Part shown: piece after piece, positions 43,179 through 56,695 of the stretch
How the letters are laid out: every line of letters begins with the position of its first letter
Numbering within the stretch: position 1 is the stretch's first letter
Assembly: GCF_003334785.1 (NCBI RefSeq)
Contig: NZ_QOWV01000001.1
Length of the DNA: 64,000 nt
Source of the DNA: Escherichia coli
GTDB taxonomy: Bacteria > Pseudomonadota > Gammaproteobacteria > Enterobacterales > Enterobacteriaceae
Strand: one strand, 5' to 3'
The notes under the pieces: generated by a model
The model's input: only the letters and a program-made list of their open reading frames with translations
What the model was told of the DNA's origin: nothing
The model's database searches: none
Made by a program: the position numbers and the translations under genes

Positions 43179-43673
43179 TTAACAAGCAGGGCGCATCAGC
43201 GCGTGATAACTGCGATCGAACCACACCAGCCCGTAGGGTGTGGTGTGACGATGAATCGCTTCGATGGCGCAAAACAGAATGTCGTGGGTGCCGACGCTCA
43301 CCACCTGGCTGATACGGCAGTCAAACGAAACCAGAGCCTCTTCCAGTTGCGGGCATCCGGTCACCCCCGTCTGCCAGCGGGCGGCGGCAAAGCGGTGTTC
43401 CATGGGCGTTTTGCCGCCAAAAAGGTTTGAAAGCGGCTCCTGCCCGGCGCTAAGTGTATTTACACACAGCGTTCGATTTTCATTGAATGCCGGCCAGACG
43501 GACGCCCCACGATTCAGGCACACCAGTAATGTGGGCGGCGTATCGGTCACACTGCAGACGGCGCTGGCGGTGAACCCGGCGCGCCCGGCTGGACCGTCCG
43601 TGGTGATAATATTGACCGCCGCGCCCATGCAGGACATCGCATCGCGAAAAGTTTGTTGATCGACAATGTTCAT
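43179..43673 (-). CDS. rutF: Flavin reductase RutF (164 aa)
   Basis: [27 protein letters not shown]... belongs to the HpaC-like flavin reductase family. Confidence 0.9.
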
Positions 43674-43683
43674 AGTTTGCTCC

Positions 43684-44274
43684 TTACAACAGCCCGCAGG
43701 CTTCTTCAAAGGACAGACGTGGCAGGCGCGCATAAAGCTTGCTGCTATCGCCATAGCCGATATTAATCAGCAGATTGCTCTTCAGCGTGCTGCCCGTAAA
43801 AAAGGCGTCGTCCACGTGTTGACGGTCAAAGCCCGACATCGGGCCGGTATCCAGTCCCAGCGCCCGGCAGGCGACGATCAGATAGGCCGCCTGCATGGAA
43901 CTGTTGCGAAACGCTGTTTCTTCGGCAAGTTGTGGGCTGGAGGTAAACCAACTGCGGGCATCACCGTGGGGAAACAGTAGTGGTAACCGTTCATAAAATT
44001 CACTGTCCCAGGCGACGATAGCGGTGACGGGCGCGGTCAGGGTTTTTTGCAGATTGCCGCTGGAAAGTGCCGGGCGCAGACGTTCTTTTCCTTCTGCCGT
44101 GCGGGTAAACACGATCCGTGCCGGAGAACAGTTAGCTGATGTCGGCCCCCATTTCATCAGGGCATAAATCTCCCGTAACGTCTCATCGCTGACGGGGGTC
44201 TCCCGCCAGCCGTTGTGAGTGCGGGCATCGGTGAACAGGGTGCTAAGCGCACCTGGGCTAACGGCTTCGTTCAT
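43684..44274 (-). CDS. rutE: Malonic semialdehyde reductase RutE (nitroreductase family, 196 aa)
   Basis: Full-length ORF in the expected position within the rut operon. Confidence 0.9.
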   Translation of the reverse strand: MNEAVSPGALSTLFTDARTHNGWRETPVSDETLREIYALMKWGPTSANCSPARIVFTRTAEGKERLRPALSSGNLQKTLTAPVTAIVAWDSEFYERLPLLFPHGDARSWFTSSPQLAEETAFRNSSMQAAYLIVACRALGLDTGPMSGFDRQHVDDAFFTGSTLKSNLLINIGYGDSSKLYARLPRLSFEEACGLL

Positions 44275-44283
44275 AGCAATTCC

Positions 44284-45084
44284 TTACAGGGCGGCTTCAC
44301 GGTGATGTAACAGGCTGGCAAGCCCGTTGAGTAACAGAGCATTAAACGTTTCGGGATCGGTCACGTTGCAGGCGTGTCCGCCATAGGGCATCACCATTTT
44401 CTGGCTATCGGGCAGGGCGGCATGAAGTTCACTGGAACATGCTGTTGGCACCAGCAGATCATCACTGGCGCAGATGATTTGCACCGGGCAGCGGATGCGA
44501 TCCGCATGGTGACTAAAGTCAGCGCGTTTGAGGGCGTTAAGTCGACGCAGTAAATTATTTTTGCCCTGAAAATGCGCCAGTGCCAGCGCGTCTTCTGCCT
44601 CCAGGCGAGGTGCGCGGGCCGCCATCCAGTCGGCGGGATAGAGGAACAACGGCTGCGCTTCCACCCATGCCTGCGCGCCGCCGCTATACAGTAATCGTTC
44701 GCGAACCTGAAAACAGCGGCGCGTATGGGCGTTTATTCGTAGCCAGCCGTTAACGCTGATCAGCACAGTTACCGACGCGGGATAATCCAGCGCCAGCTGC
44801 ATTCCCACCAGCGCACCGAGCGCATGGCCGACCACTGCGTAATGCTCAATCCCTGCGGCTACCAGCGCCTGATGCAGTTCCGCTGCCATCTGGGCGATAC
44901 TGTAATCTTCTGCCAGCGTGTCGGGATTATTGCCGGTGCCGCGCTGGTCGTAACAGACTACCTGATACTCCTGCTCCAGCACCGCCAGTTGCGGTAACCA
45001 GTAACTGCCGCTACCCCCAAGACCCGAAATCAACACCACTACGGGCGCATCAGCATAAGGGGGAGGTGAGAGTGAAAGTTTCAT
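44284..45084 (-). CDS. rutD: Alpha/beta-hydrolase RutD (266 aa)
   Basis: Nucleophile elbow GHALG. Start [26 protein letters not shown]. Confidence 0.9.
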   Translation of the reverse strand: MKLSLSPPPYADAPVVVLISGLGGSGSYWLPQLAVLEQEYQVVCYDQRGTGNNPDTLAEDYSIAQMAAELHQALVAAGIEHYAVVGHALGALVGMQLALDYPASVTVLISVNGWLRINAHTRRCFQVRERLLYSGGAQAWVEAQPLFLYPADWMAARAPRLEAEDALALAHFQGKNNLLRRLNALKRADFSHHADRIRCPVQIICASDDLLVPTACSSELHAALPDSQKMVMPYGGHACNVTDPETFNALLLNGLASLLHHREAAL

Positions 45085-45091
45085 CGCGGCC

Positions 45092-45478
45092 TCACTTGGC
45101 GATATGCGCAATTGTGGCGATTTCCACCAGCGCGTCAGGTTTTACCAGTCCGCACTGAATGCAGAATCGCGCCGGTTTATCACCCGGAAAAAACTCGGCG
45201 TAGATTTCGTTAATCGCGGCGTAATTTTTCCAGTCGGTAATAAAGATGCTGTTGAAGGTCACATCCGCCATCGTGCCACCCGCCGTCTCGATCACCTTGC
45301 GGATAGTTTCCAGAACGTGGCGGGTTTGCGCCTTTGGGTCATCGGCAAACAGCACGTTATTATGTTGATCAAAAGCCAGCGTACCGGAGACATACACCAC
45401 GCCATCAGCCAGCGTGCCGGGAACGAAGGGGGCCAGCGGTGCGCTGCTGCCAGCGGGAATAATTACGGATTTTGGCAT
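45092..45478 (-). CDS. rutC: RidA/YjgF-family aminoacrylate peracid reductase RutC (128 aa)
   Basis: Full-length ORF with YjgF-family sequence. Confidence 0.9.
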
Positions 45479-45489
45479 CGTTAAACTCC

Positions 45490-47330
<1,841 letters not shown>

Positions 47331-47358
47331 ATCCTTTTCAGCCGCGTATTGGCTTGTT

Positions 47359-47374
47359 TGCAAAGCGGATGCCA
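47359..47374 (-). promoter_or_regulatory. Sigma54 (-24/-12) promoter of the rut operon
   Basis: The minus strand reads TGGCATCCGCTTTGCA, which fits TGGCAC-N5-TTGCA with one mismatch. Confidence 0.7.
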
Positions 47375-47438
47375 GTTTTTAAAAAGTTAATGTTATTAAT
47401 CTGTTAACATTACGTTATCTAAAATATCTGGTAAAAAG

Positions 47439-47454
47439 TGGACTAAACGGTCAA
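47439..47454. promoter_or_regulatory. Candidate RutR operator
   Basis: tggactaaacggtcaa lies in the rutA-rutR intergenic region. It resembles the TTGACCAnnTGGTCAA palindrome I recall for RutR. Confidence 0.5.
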
Positions 47455-47560
47455 AACAGTTGCACATAAAACATGCATCTGTGCGCGATGAGAGTGCAGA
47501 AGGTCGAGGCCGGGCGGGGGTTTTGCTATCCTGTTGCCAATCTACAAGAGGGGAGAGCGC

Positions 47561-48199
47561 ATGACGCAAGGCGCAGTGAAAACAACGGGTAAACGTTCGC
47601 GCGCAGTAAGCGCGAAGAAAAAAGCGATTCTTAGCGCAGCACTGGACACTTTTTCACAATTCGGTTTTCACGGCACAAGGCTGGAGCAGATCGCAGAGTT
47701 GGCGGGTGTTTCAAAAACCAATCTGCTGTATTACTTTCCGTCAAAAGAGGCGCTGTATATTGCCGTGCTGCGGCAGATTCTCGATATCTGGCTGGCACCG
47801 TTAAAAGCGTTTCGTGAAGATTTCGCCCCGCTGGCGGCGATCAAAGAGTACATCCGTCTGAAGCTGGAAGTCTCACGCGATTATCCGCAGGCTTCGCGCC
47901 TGTTCTGTATGGAGATGCTGGCAGGCGCGCCGCTGTTAATGGATGAACTGACGGGCGATTTGAAGGCATTAATTGATGAGAAATCGGCGCTGATTGCCGG
48001 TTGGGTCAAAAGCGGCAAACTCGCGCCGATTGATCCGCAGCATTTGATTTTTATGATTTGGGCTTCCACTCAACATTACGCCGATTTCGCCCCTCAGGTG
48101 GAGGCGGTGACAGGCGCGACGTTGCGCGATGAGGTATTTTTCAATCAAACGGTTGAAAACGTGCAGCGGATTATTATTGAGGGGATTCGACCACGTTAA
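47561..48199 (+). CDS. rutR: TetR-family repressor RutR (212 aa)
   Basis: TetR-type HTH (FSQFGFHGTRLEQIAELAGVSKTNLLYYF). Start MTQGAVKTTGKRSRA. Confidence 0.92.
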   Translation: MTQGAVKTTGKRSRAVSAKKKAILSAALDTFSQFGFHGTRLEQIAELAGVSKTNLLYYFPSKEALYIAVLRQILDIWLAPLKAFREDFAPLAAIKEYIRLKLEVSRDYPQASRLFCMEMLAGAPLLMDELTGDLKALIDEKSALIAGWVKSGKLAPIDPQHLIFMIWASTQHYADFAPQVEAVTGATLRDEVFFNQTVENVQRIIIEGIRPR

Positions 48200-48203
48200 A
48201 GAT

Positions 48204-48231
48204 GCCGGAGGAGGTTGTAACATCCTCCGGC
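48204..48231. terminator. Bidirectional stem-loop between rutR and putA
   Basis: gccggagga-ggttgtaaca-tcctccggc gives a 9-bp perfect stem. Confidence 0.55.
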
Positions 48232-48238
48232 TACCTGT

Positions 48239-51200
48239 TTAACCTATAGTCATTAAGCTGGCGTTACCGCCAGCGGCAGCGGTATTCACACTCAGCGAAC
48301 GCTCGATATACAGCCGTTCCAGAAGGATATTGCTTTCGCCACGGGCAAAACCCTGCACCGAAACAATTGTGCCATCCCGCGCGGCAACTGCTTCACACAA
48401 TGCGCGAAGCTGATCCGAATCACCGTGGAAGATCACCGCATCAAACGGTTGAGCGGTTATATTTTCCGCTTTCGCCAGTTGAATACGTTCGCTGACTGCC
48501 GATGGCAATGCCTTCACTAACTGACGATGCAGCGCGTCATCCGGCCACAGTACCTGGCTGCCCACCGCCAGCACGGCGGCGAGCTGAGTCAGCGCATCCT
48601 GCTCATCATCGGCAATACACAACACGCGCTCACGCGGCAGCAGCGTCCAGGTGTTGCGTTCACCCGTCGGCCCCGGCAGCAATCGTTGTGTTCCTGCCTG
48701 CGCCAGCTCGCCATATTGCGTACATAACGCCTGCAATTCTGGACGATTTGCTGCCCATTCCCGCAGTGCATTTAGCGGCTGAGTCAATGCGGCTTTCAAC
48801 TGCGCATCGACCGGATACTTTGCATCCTGACGCGCGAGCGTCACTGCCAGCGCACTTTCCGGGCGATTCGCCAGCAGACGGTAGAGATAGAGCGGACCGC
48901 CTGCTTTCGGCCCGGTACCGGACAACCCTTCGCCGCCGAACGGCTGCACACCAACCACTGCGCCCACCATATTACGGTTAACATACAGGTTACCAACATG
49001 GGCCGAGCCAGTGACCTGGGCGATGGTTTCATCAATGCGCGTATGGACGCCAAGCGTCAGACCATAACCGGAAGCGTTAATCTGCTCGATCAGCTCTGGT
49101 AGCTGGTTACGGTTGTAACGCACCACATGCAGCACCGGACCAAAGACCTCTTTTTGCAATTCGGCAAAGTCATCCAGTTCGATCAGCGTCGGGGCGACAA
49201 AGGTGCCGCTTTGCCATTCACGGGCATCTTCGCTGTTTTCCCGCACCGCCTGGAACACCGGACGGCCTTTGCTACGCATGGTCTGAATATGGCGCTCAAT
49301 ATTGGCTTTCGCTTCGCTATCAATCACTGGACCGATATCGGTGGTCAGGCGACCCGGATTACCTATCCGGCATTCGGCCATTGCGCCGCGCAGCATTTTC
49401 AACGTGTGGTCGGCAATCTCATCTTGCAGGCACAGCACGCGCAGCGCCGAACAACGCTGCCCCGCACTGTCGAACGCCGAGGCCAGTACATCCACGACGA
49501 CCTGTTCGGTCAGTGCTGAAGAATCGACAATCATCGCGTTCATGCCGCCGGTTTCAGCGATGAGCGGAATAGGGCGACCCTGAGCGTCCAGGCGGCTGGC
49601 GATATTGCGCTGCAGTAACGTAGCGACTTCGGTTGAACCGGTAAACATCACCCCGCGCACGCGATCATCACCCGTCAGTTGCGCGCCCACGGTTTCACCC
49701 CGACCTGGCAGCAATTGCACCACGCCTGGCGGTACACCCGCTTCCAGCAAAATGGCGATCCCTTGCGCGGCAATCAGCGGCGTTTGTTCTGCCGGTTTTG
49801 CCAGCACGCTGTTACCTGCCGCCAGTGCGGCGGCGATCTGCCCGGTGAAAATAGCCAGCGGGAAGTTCCACGGACTGATACACACCACAGGCCCTAATGG
49901 ACGGTGGGTTTCGTTAGCGAAATCATCCCGCACCTGTCCGGCGTAGTAGTGGAGAAAATCGACCGCTTCGCGCACTTCGGCAATGGCGTTACTGAAGGTT
50001 TTTCCGGCCTCACGCACCAGAATACCAATCAGTTGCTGCATCTGGCTTTCCATCAGCACGGCAGCGCGGTGCAAAATCGCTGCGCGTTCAGCCGGAGGCG
50101 TGGCAAACCAGATTGGCGCGTTATTAACCGCACTTTCCAGCGCCTGTTCTACTTCACGCGGCGTGGCTTCACGCACATAGCCCACAATATCTTTCGGTTC
50201 CGCAGGGTTAATAACGGGCGACATCTCACCTGCCGCTACCGGTTGTTCCAGCATTGGCAAGGCCTGCCATTTTTGCAGTGCACTATTGAGCAGGGCAGAG
50301 GAGAGCGAGGCCAGGCGGTGTTCGTTAGCGAGATCCAGCCCTGCCGAGTTGTCGCGCCCGTGACCGTAAAGATCGCGCGGCAGGGGAATTTTCGGATGCG
50401 GTAATCCAGTTTGCCCTTCCTGTTGCGCCAGTTTTTCTACAGCAGTGACCGGATCGGCGACCAGTTCATCCAGTGGCAAAGAGGTGTCGGCAATACGGTT
50501 AACAAACGAGGTGTTAGCACCGTTTTCCAGCAGGCGACGCACCAGATACGCCAACAGCGTTTCATGTGTGCCAACCGGAGCATAAATACGACACGGACGG
50601 TTAAGTTTGCCGTCGGCAACTTTCCCGGTGACCTGCTCATACAGTGGCTCGCCCATACCATGCAGGCACTGGAACTCGTACTGACCCGGGTAGTAGTTCT
50701 GCCCCGCCAGTTGATAAATCGCCGCCAGCGTATGGGCGTTGTGCGTCGCGAACTGCGGGTAGATTAGATTCGGCACCGCCAGCAGCTTTTTCGCACAGGC
50801 GAGATAAGAAACGTCGGTATACACCTTGCGGGTATAAACCGGATAACCTTCAAGGCCGTCCATCTGCGCACGCTTAATTTCACTATCCCAGTACGCGCCT
50901 TTCACCAGGCGAATCATCAGACGGCGACGGCTGCGGGTGGCGAGATCAATCAGGTAATCGATCACCAACGGGCAGCGTTTTTGATAAGCCTGAATAACAA
51001 AACCGATGCCGTTCCAGCCTGCCAGTTCCGGCTCGAAACAGAGTTTTTCCAGCAGATCGAGGGAGATCTCCAGGCGATCGGACTCTTCGGCGTCAATGTT
51101 GATACCAATATCGTACTGACGCGCCAGCAGGGTGAGTGATTTCAGACGCGGGTAAAGCTCTTCCATTACCCGGTCATACTGGGCGCGGCTATAACGCGGA

Positions 51201-52201
51201 TGCAGCGCCGACAGTTTGATTGAAATGCCCGGCCCTTCATAGATGCCACGACCGTTAGACGCTTTACCGATGGCGTGAATCGCCTGCTGATAGGAAACCA
51301 TATACGCCTGTGCATCTGCGGCGGTCAGCGCGGCTTCGCCCAGCATATCGTAAGAGTAACGGAAACCTTTCTCTTCCAGCTTGCGGGCATTGGCTAACGC
51401 TTCCGCGATGGTTTCGCCAGTGACGAACTGCTCACCCATCAGGCGCATCGCCATATCCACACCTTTGCGGATCAGCGGTTCACCGCTTTTACCGATAATG
51501 CGGTTCAGCGAGCGGGAGAGGCTGGCTTCGTTATGGGTGGAAACCAGTTTGCCAGTAAACAGCAGCCCCCAGGTGGCGGCATTAACAAACAGTGACGGGC
51601 TACGACCAATGTGTGACTGCCAGTTACCGTTGCTGATTTTGTCGCGAATTAACGCGTCGCGGGTGGCTTTGTCGGGAATACGCAACAACGCTTCCGCCAG
51701 ACACATCAGCGCCACGCCTTCCTGCGATGACAGCGAAAACTCCTGCAATAACCCCTGGACCATACCTGCGCGACCACTGGCATTTTTTTGATTACGCAGT
51801 TTATCGGCCAGCTGATACGCCAGTTTGTGCGCCTGTTCAGCAACTGGCTGCGGCAGGCGGGCTTGTTCCAGCAGCATAGAAACCGCTTCGGTTTCCGGGC
51901 GGCGATAGGCCGCGGTGATCGCGGCGCGGGAAACCGACTGGGGCAATATTTGCTCGGCAAAGTCGAGGAATGGCTGGTGTGGTTCCTCTGCCGGAGTCGG
52001 TGCTTCATCGCTCTCATTGGCCGCGCCAGAAAGCAGCGCAGGTAGCTCCGGCAGAGTATCGCTGTTTTCCAGTTGTTCGAGATAAGAAAAAATCGCCTGC
52101 TTAATTAACCAGTGTGGTGTGCGATCGATACGTGTCGCGGCAGACTTAATACGCTCACGCGTCGCGTCGTCCAGCTTAACCCCCATGGTGGTGGTTCCCA
52201 T
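48239..52201 (-). CDS. putA: Trifunctional PutA: RHH repressor, proline dehydrogenase and P5C dehydrogenase (1320 aa)
   Basis: N-terminal ribbon-helix-helix (MGTTTMGVKLDDATRERIKSAA), PRODH barrel and an ALDH domain (catalytic region FDSAGQRCSA). Confidence 0.95.
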   Translation of the reverse strand: MGTTTMGVKLDDATRERIKSAATRIDRTPHWLIKQAIFSYLEQLENSDTLPELPALLSGAANESDEAPTPAEEPHQPFLDFAEQILPQSVSRAAITAAYRRPETEAVSMLLEQARLPQPVAEQAHKLAYQLADKLRNQKNASGRAGMVQGLLQEFSLSSQEGVALMCLAEALLRIPDKATRDALIRDKISNGNWQSHIGRSPSLFVNAATWGLLFTGKLVSTHNEASLSRSLNRIIGKSGEPLIRKGVDMAMRLMGEQFVTGETIAEALANARKLEEKGFRYSYDMLGEAALTAADAQAYMVSYQQAIHAIGKASNGRGIYEGPGISIKLSALHPRYSRAQYDRVMEELYPRLKSLTLLARQYDIGINIDAEESDRLEISLDLLEKLCFEPELAGWNGIGFVIQAYQKRCPLVIDYLIDLATRSRRRLMIRLVKGAYWDSEIKRAQMDGLEGYPVYTRKVYTDVSYLACAKKLLAVPNLIYPQFATHNAHTLAAIYQLAGQNYYPGQYEFQCLHGMGEPLYEQVTGKVADGKLNRPCRIYAPVGTHETLLAYLVRRLLENGANTSFVNRIADTSLPLDELVADPVTAVEKLAQQEGQTGLPHPKIPLPRDLYGHGRDNSAGLDLANEHRLASLSSALLNSALQKWQALPMLEQPVAAGEMSPVINPAEPKDIVGYVREATPREVEQALESAVNNAPIWFATPPAERAAILHRAAVLMESQMQQLIGILVREAGKTFSNAIAEVREAVDFLHYYAGQVRDDFANETHRPLGPVVCISPWNFPLAIFTGQIAAALAAGNSVLAKPAEQTPLIAAQGIAILLEAGVPPGVVQLLPGRGETVGAQLTGDDRVRGVMFTGSTEVATLLQRNIASRLDAQGRPIPLIAETGGMNAMIVDSSALTEQVVVDVLASAFDSAGQRCSALRVLCLQDEIADHTLKMLRGAMAECRIGNPGRLTTDIGPVIDSEAKANIERHIQTMRSKGRPVFQAVRENSEDAREWQSGTFVAPTLIELDDFAELQKEVFGPVLHVVRYNRNQLPELIEQINASGYGLTLGVHTRIDETIAQVTGSAHVGNLYVNRNMVGAVVGVQPFGGEGLSGTGPKAGGPLYLYRLLANRPESALAVTLARQDAKYPVDAQLKAALTQPLNALREWAANRPELQALCTQYGELAQAGTQRLLPGPTGERNTWTLLPRERVLCIADDEQDALTQLAAVLAVGSQVLWPDDALHRQLVKALPSAVSERIQLAKAENITAQPFDAVIFHGDSDQLRALCEAVAARDGTIVSVQGFARGESNILLERLYIERSLSVNTAAAGGNASLMTIG

Positions 52202-52227
52202 GCCATTACTCCTGTTGTTCAGAAAGG

Positions 52228-52435
52228 TGCAACTTAACGTTATCGTGAAATATCCATGATGTTGCAACTTTGTGCAACCATGTTAAATGTGACATGCGTA
52301 GCAAGCTTAAAAATGAATGAAATGTTAATAAAAGAAATCGATATGACAGGGATTAAAAAAATAACTCAGACTTTTTCTCTGCGGCAGTTAACATTTTTGA
52401 AAGGTGCAACCGCAAAAAATGTGAGAGAGTGCAAC
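52228..52435. promoter_or_regulatory. put control region with five GTTGCA/TGCAAC PutA operator hexamers
   Basis: TGCAAC occurs at 52228-52233, 52273-52278, 52405-52410 and 52430-52435, and GTTGCA at 52261-52266. GTTGCA is the PutA operator motif as I recall it. Confidence 0.75.
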
Positions 52436-52623
52436 CTGATGAAAAATAGTGTCGCTGAGCACTAAAATTTAATGTAAATGGTGTGTTAAATCGATTGTGA
52501 ATAACCAGCGCTTCCGGCAGGATACGGTCGCCCTGGTAAAACATAAACTCTGTTACCCCGTTCCGGTGGCAGATATAACGGCAAGTTTCGACATTGCCGA
52601 TAATAATTTTTTGGAGACTTTAG

Positions 52624-54132
<1,509 letters not shown>

Positions 54133-54430
54133 GGGACTTAGCCTGCGGCGGTTTTGTTTGGCTTCAGCAGCGGGTTGCGCTCCCTTAATGTGCCTCGCCA
54201 TATAAATTGAATGGTGCAGGGAGCGCGCAGGGGGCGGCCAATCGCCGCCGCCCCCTGCTGTCCCGGCCTTCGGGGAACGCTTCAGCGATTTTGACGCCAC
54301 CAACACCCGAGCTGTTATTATGTTCCGGGCAAAAAGTTAGATTTGATAATCGCGGATGGACGAAATTGCTTGATACACCCGCTTATCAGTTTTACATGGA
54401 AGCTCTGATGCATTGAGTCTGGACAGTTTT

Positions 54431-54465
54431 GTCGGCTGGATACGGCGTTTACGCGGCATCCGGCA
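54431..54465. repeat. REP element
   Basis: gtcggctggatacggcgtttacgcggcatccggca. Confidence 0.7.
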
Positions 54466-54596
54466 AGAACACATGGTTCTTTGCAAACAATCCCATCTTT
54501 CTACCCTGGAATAATCGTTTATATCCCTTGGCATTACCTCTCTTTGTTTACATTCCAACATCATTTTATAAACATTCCGCTTGTGTTTTTCTTTGC

Positions 54597-54615
54597 CGTA
54601 ATGATAATCGCTATC
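54597..54615. promoter_or_regulatory. Fur-box-like site upstream of efeU
   Basis: cgtaatgataatcgctatc matches GATAATGATAATCATTATC at 15 of 19 positions. Confidence 0.55.
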
Positions 54616-54622
54616 ACTGCGA

Positions 54623-54637
54623 TTTACTTTTCTTTGC
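54623..54637 (-). promoter_or_regulatory. Possible CpxR box upstream of efeU
   Basis: The minus strand reads GCAAA-gaaaa-GTAAA, against GTAAA-N5-GTAAA. Confidence 0.3.
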
Positions 54638-54674
54638 ATAGATTGACTCAGAAAAACGTTTAAGGGTGGGTGGC

Positions 54675-55505
54675 ATGTTTGTTCCGTTTCTCATTATGTT
54701 GCGCGAAGGACTTGAAGCCGCGCTGATTGTCAGTTTGATTGCCAGCTATCTTAAGCGTACCCAGCGAGGCCGATGGATTGGTGTGATGTGGATTGGCGTG
54801 TTGCTTGCCGCTGCGTTGTGCCTGGGCTTGGGTATCTTCATTAACGAAACCACCGGCGAATTTCCGCAAAAAGAACAGGAACTGTTTGAAGGTATCGTGG
54901 CGGTGATCGCCGTGGTGATCCTTACCTGGATGGTTTTCTGGATGCGCAAAGTGTCGCGCAACGTCAAAGTGCAACTGGAACAGGCAGTCGATAGCGCATT
55001 GCAGCGTGGAAATCATCATGGCTGGGCGCTGGTGATGATGGTCTTTTTTGCCGTTGCAAGGGAAGGGCTGGAGTCGGTCTTTTTCCTGCTGGCGGCATTT
55101 CAACAAGATGTCGGGATCTGGCCGCCGCTGGGTGCAATGCTCGGTCTTGCTACTGCCGTGGTGCTAGGCTTCCTGCTCTACTGGGGCGGTATTCGCCTCA
55201 ATCTTGGTGCATTTTTTAAATGGACCAGCCTGTTTATTCTCTTCGTCGCCGCAGGGCTGGCAGCTGGTGCCATTCGCGCATTTCATGAAGCCGGATTGTG
55301 GAACCACTTTCAGGAAATCGCCTTCGATATGAGTGCGGTGCTCTCAACTCACTCGCTGTTTGGCACGCTGATGGAAGGGATTTTTGGCTATCAGGAAGCG
55401 CCGAGCGTCAGCGAAGTCGCCGTCTGGTTTATTTATCTCATCCCGGCGCTGGTGGCATTTGCTCTGCCACCACGCGCAGGGGCGACAGCGTCTCGCTCCG
55501 CGTAA
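54675..55505 (+). CDS. efeU: Ferrous-iron permease EfeU (Ftr1p/OFeT family), intact (276 aa)
   Basis: Single uninterrupted frame with both REGLE motifs (LREGLEAAL and AREGLESVF). Confidence 0.9.
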   Translation: MFVPFLIMLREGLEAALIVSLIASYLKRTQRGRWIGVMWIGVLLAAALCLGLGIFINETTGEFPQKEQELFEGIVAVIAVVILTWMVFWMRKVSRNVKVQLEQAVDSALQRGNHHGWALVMMVFFAVAREGLESVFFLLAAFQQDVGIWPPLGAMLGLATAVVLGFLLYWGGIRLNLGAFFKWTSLFILFVAAGLAAGAIRAFHEAGLWNHFQEIAFDMSAVLSTHSLFGTLMEGIFGYQEAPSVSEVAVWFIYLIPALVAFALPPRAGATASRSA

Positions 55506-55562
55506 CAAATACGACGCAAACTCTTGCTTAGTTACAACATACTTTAAAGGGATAGTCTCGTC

Positions 55563-56690
55563 ATGACCATTAACTTCCGCCGTAACGCATTGCAGTTGAG
55601 CGTGGCTGCGCTGTTTTCTTCTGCTTTTATGGCTAACGCCGCTGATGTGCCGCAGGTCAAAGTGACCGTGACGGATAAGCAGTGCGAACCGATGACCATT
55701 ACGGTTAACGCCGGGAAAACACAGTTCATTATTCAGAACCACAGCCAGAAGGCGCTGGAGTGGGAGATCCTCAAAGGCGTGATGGTGGTGGAAGAGCGGG
55801 AAAATATCGCCCCTGGCTTTAGCCAGAAAATGACGGCGAATTTACAGCCTGGCGAATACGATATGACCTGCGGTCTGCTGACTAACCCGAAAGGGAAGTT
55901 GATCGTCAAAGGTGAGGCAACGGCGGATGCGGCGCAAAGTGATGCGCTGTTAAGTCTTGGTGGTGCAATTACTGCATATAAAGCGTATGTCATGGCGGAA
56001 ACCACGCAGCTGGTGACCGACACCAAAGCCTTTACCGACGCGATTAAAGCAGGCGATATCGAAAAAGCGAAAGCACTGTATGCACCGACGCGCCAGCACT
56101 ATGAGCGTATTGAACCGATTGCTGAACTGTTCTCCGATCTGGATGGCAGCATTGACGCCCGTGAAGATGATTACGAGCAAAAAGCCGCCGACCCAAAATT
56201 CACTGGTTTCCACCGTCTGGAAAAAGCATTGTTTGGCGACAACACCACCAAAGGGATGGATCAGTACGCTGAGCAGCTTTATACCGATGTGGTCGATTTG
56301 CAAAAACGCATCAGTGAACTGGCTTTCCCACCTTCAAAAGTGGTCGGCGGCGCAGCCGGACTGATTGAGGAAGTGGCAGCCAGCAAAATTAGCGGTGAAG
56401 AAGATCGCTACAGCCACACCGATCTGTGGGATTTCCAGGCTAACGTTGAAGGCTCGCAGAAAATTGTCGATTTGCTGCGTCCACAACTGCAAAAAGCCAA
56501 CCCGGAACTGCTGGCAAAAGTCGATGCCAACTTTAAAAAGGTCGATACCATTCTGGCGAAATACCGTACTAAAGACGGTTTTGAAACCTACGACAAATTG
56601 ACCGATGCCGACCGGAATGCACTGAAAGGACCGATTACTGCGCTGGCGGAAGATCTGGCGCAACTTCGCGGTGTGCTGGGACTGGATTAA
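55563..56690 (+). CDS. efeO: Periplasmic iron-uptake protein EfeO (cupredoxin plus M75-like domain, 375 aa)
   Basis: Signal peptide ...FSSAFMANA. Sequence and position fit efeUOB. Confidence 0.92.
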   Translation: MTINFRRNALQLSVAALFSSAFMANAADVPQVKVTVTDKQCEPMTITVNAGKTQFIIQNHSQKALEWEILKGVMVVEERENIAPGFSQKMTANLQPGEYDMTCGLLTNPKGKLIVKGEATADAAQSDALLSLGGAITAYKAYVMAETTQLVTDTKAFTDAIKAGDIEKAKALYAPTRQHYERIEPIAELFSDLDGSIDAREDDYEQKAADPKFTGFHRLEKALFGDNTTKGMDQYAEQLYTDVVDLQKRISELAFPPSKVVGGAAGLIEEVAASKISGEEDRYSHTDLWDFQANVEGSQKIVDLLRPQLQKANPELLAKVDANFKKVDTILAKYRTKDGFETYDKLTDADRNALKGPITALAEDLAQLRGVLGLD

Positions 56691-56695
56691 GCGTT

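Noticed and set aside
52256-52465. A 69-aa ORF inside the putA-putP control region.
   Set aside because: It spans the PutA operator hexamers and both divergent promoters, is AT-rich with no Shine-Dalgarno, and is most simply regulatory DNA.
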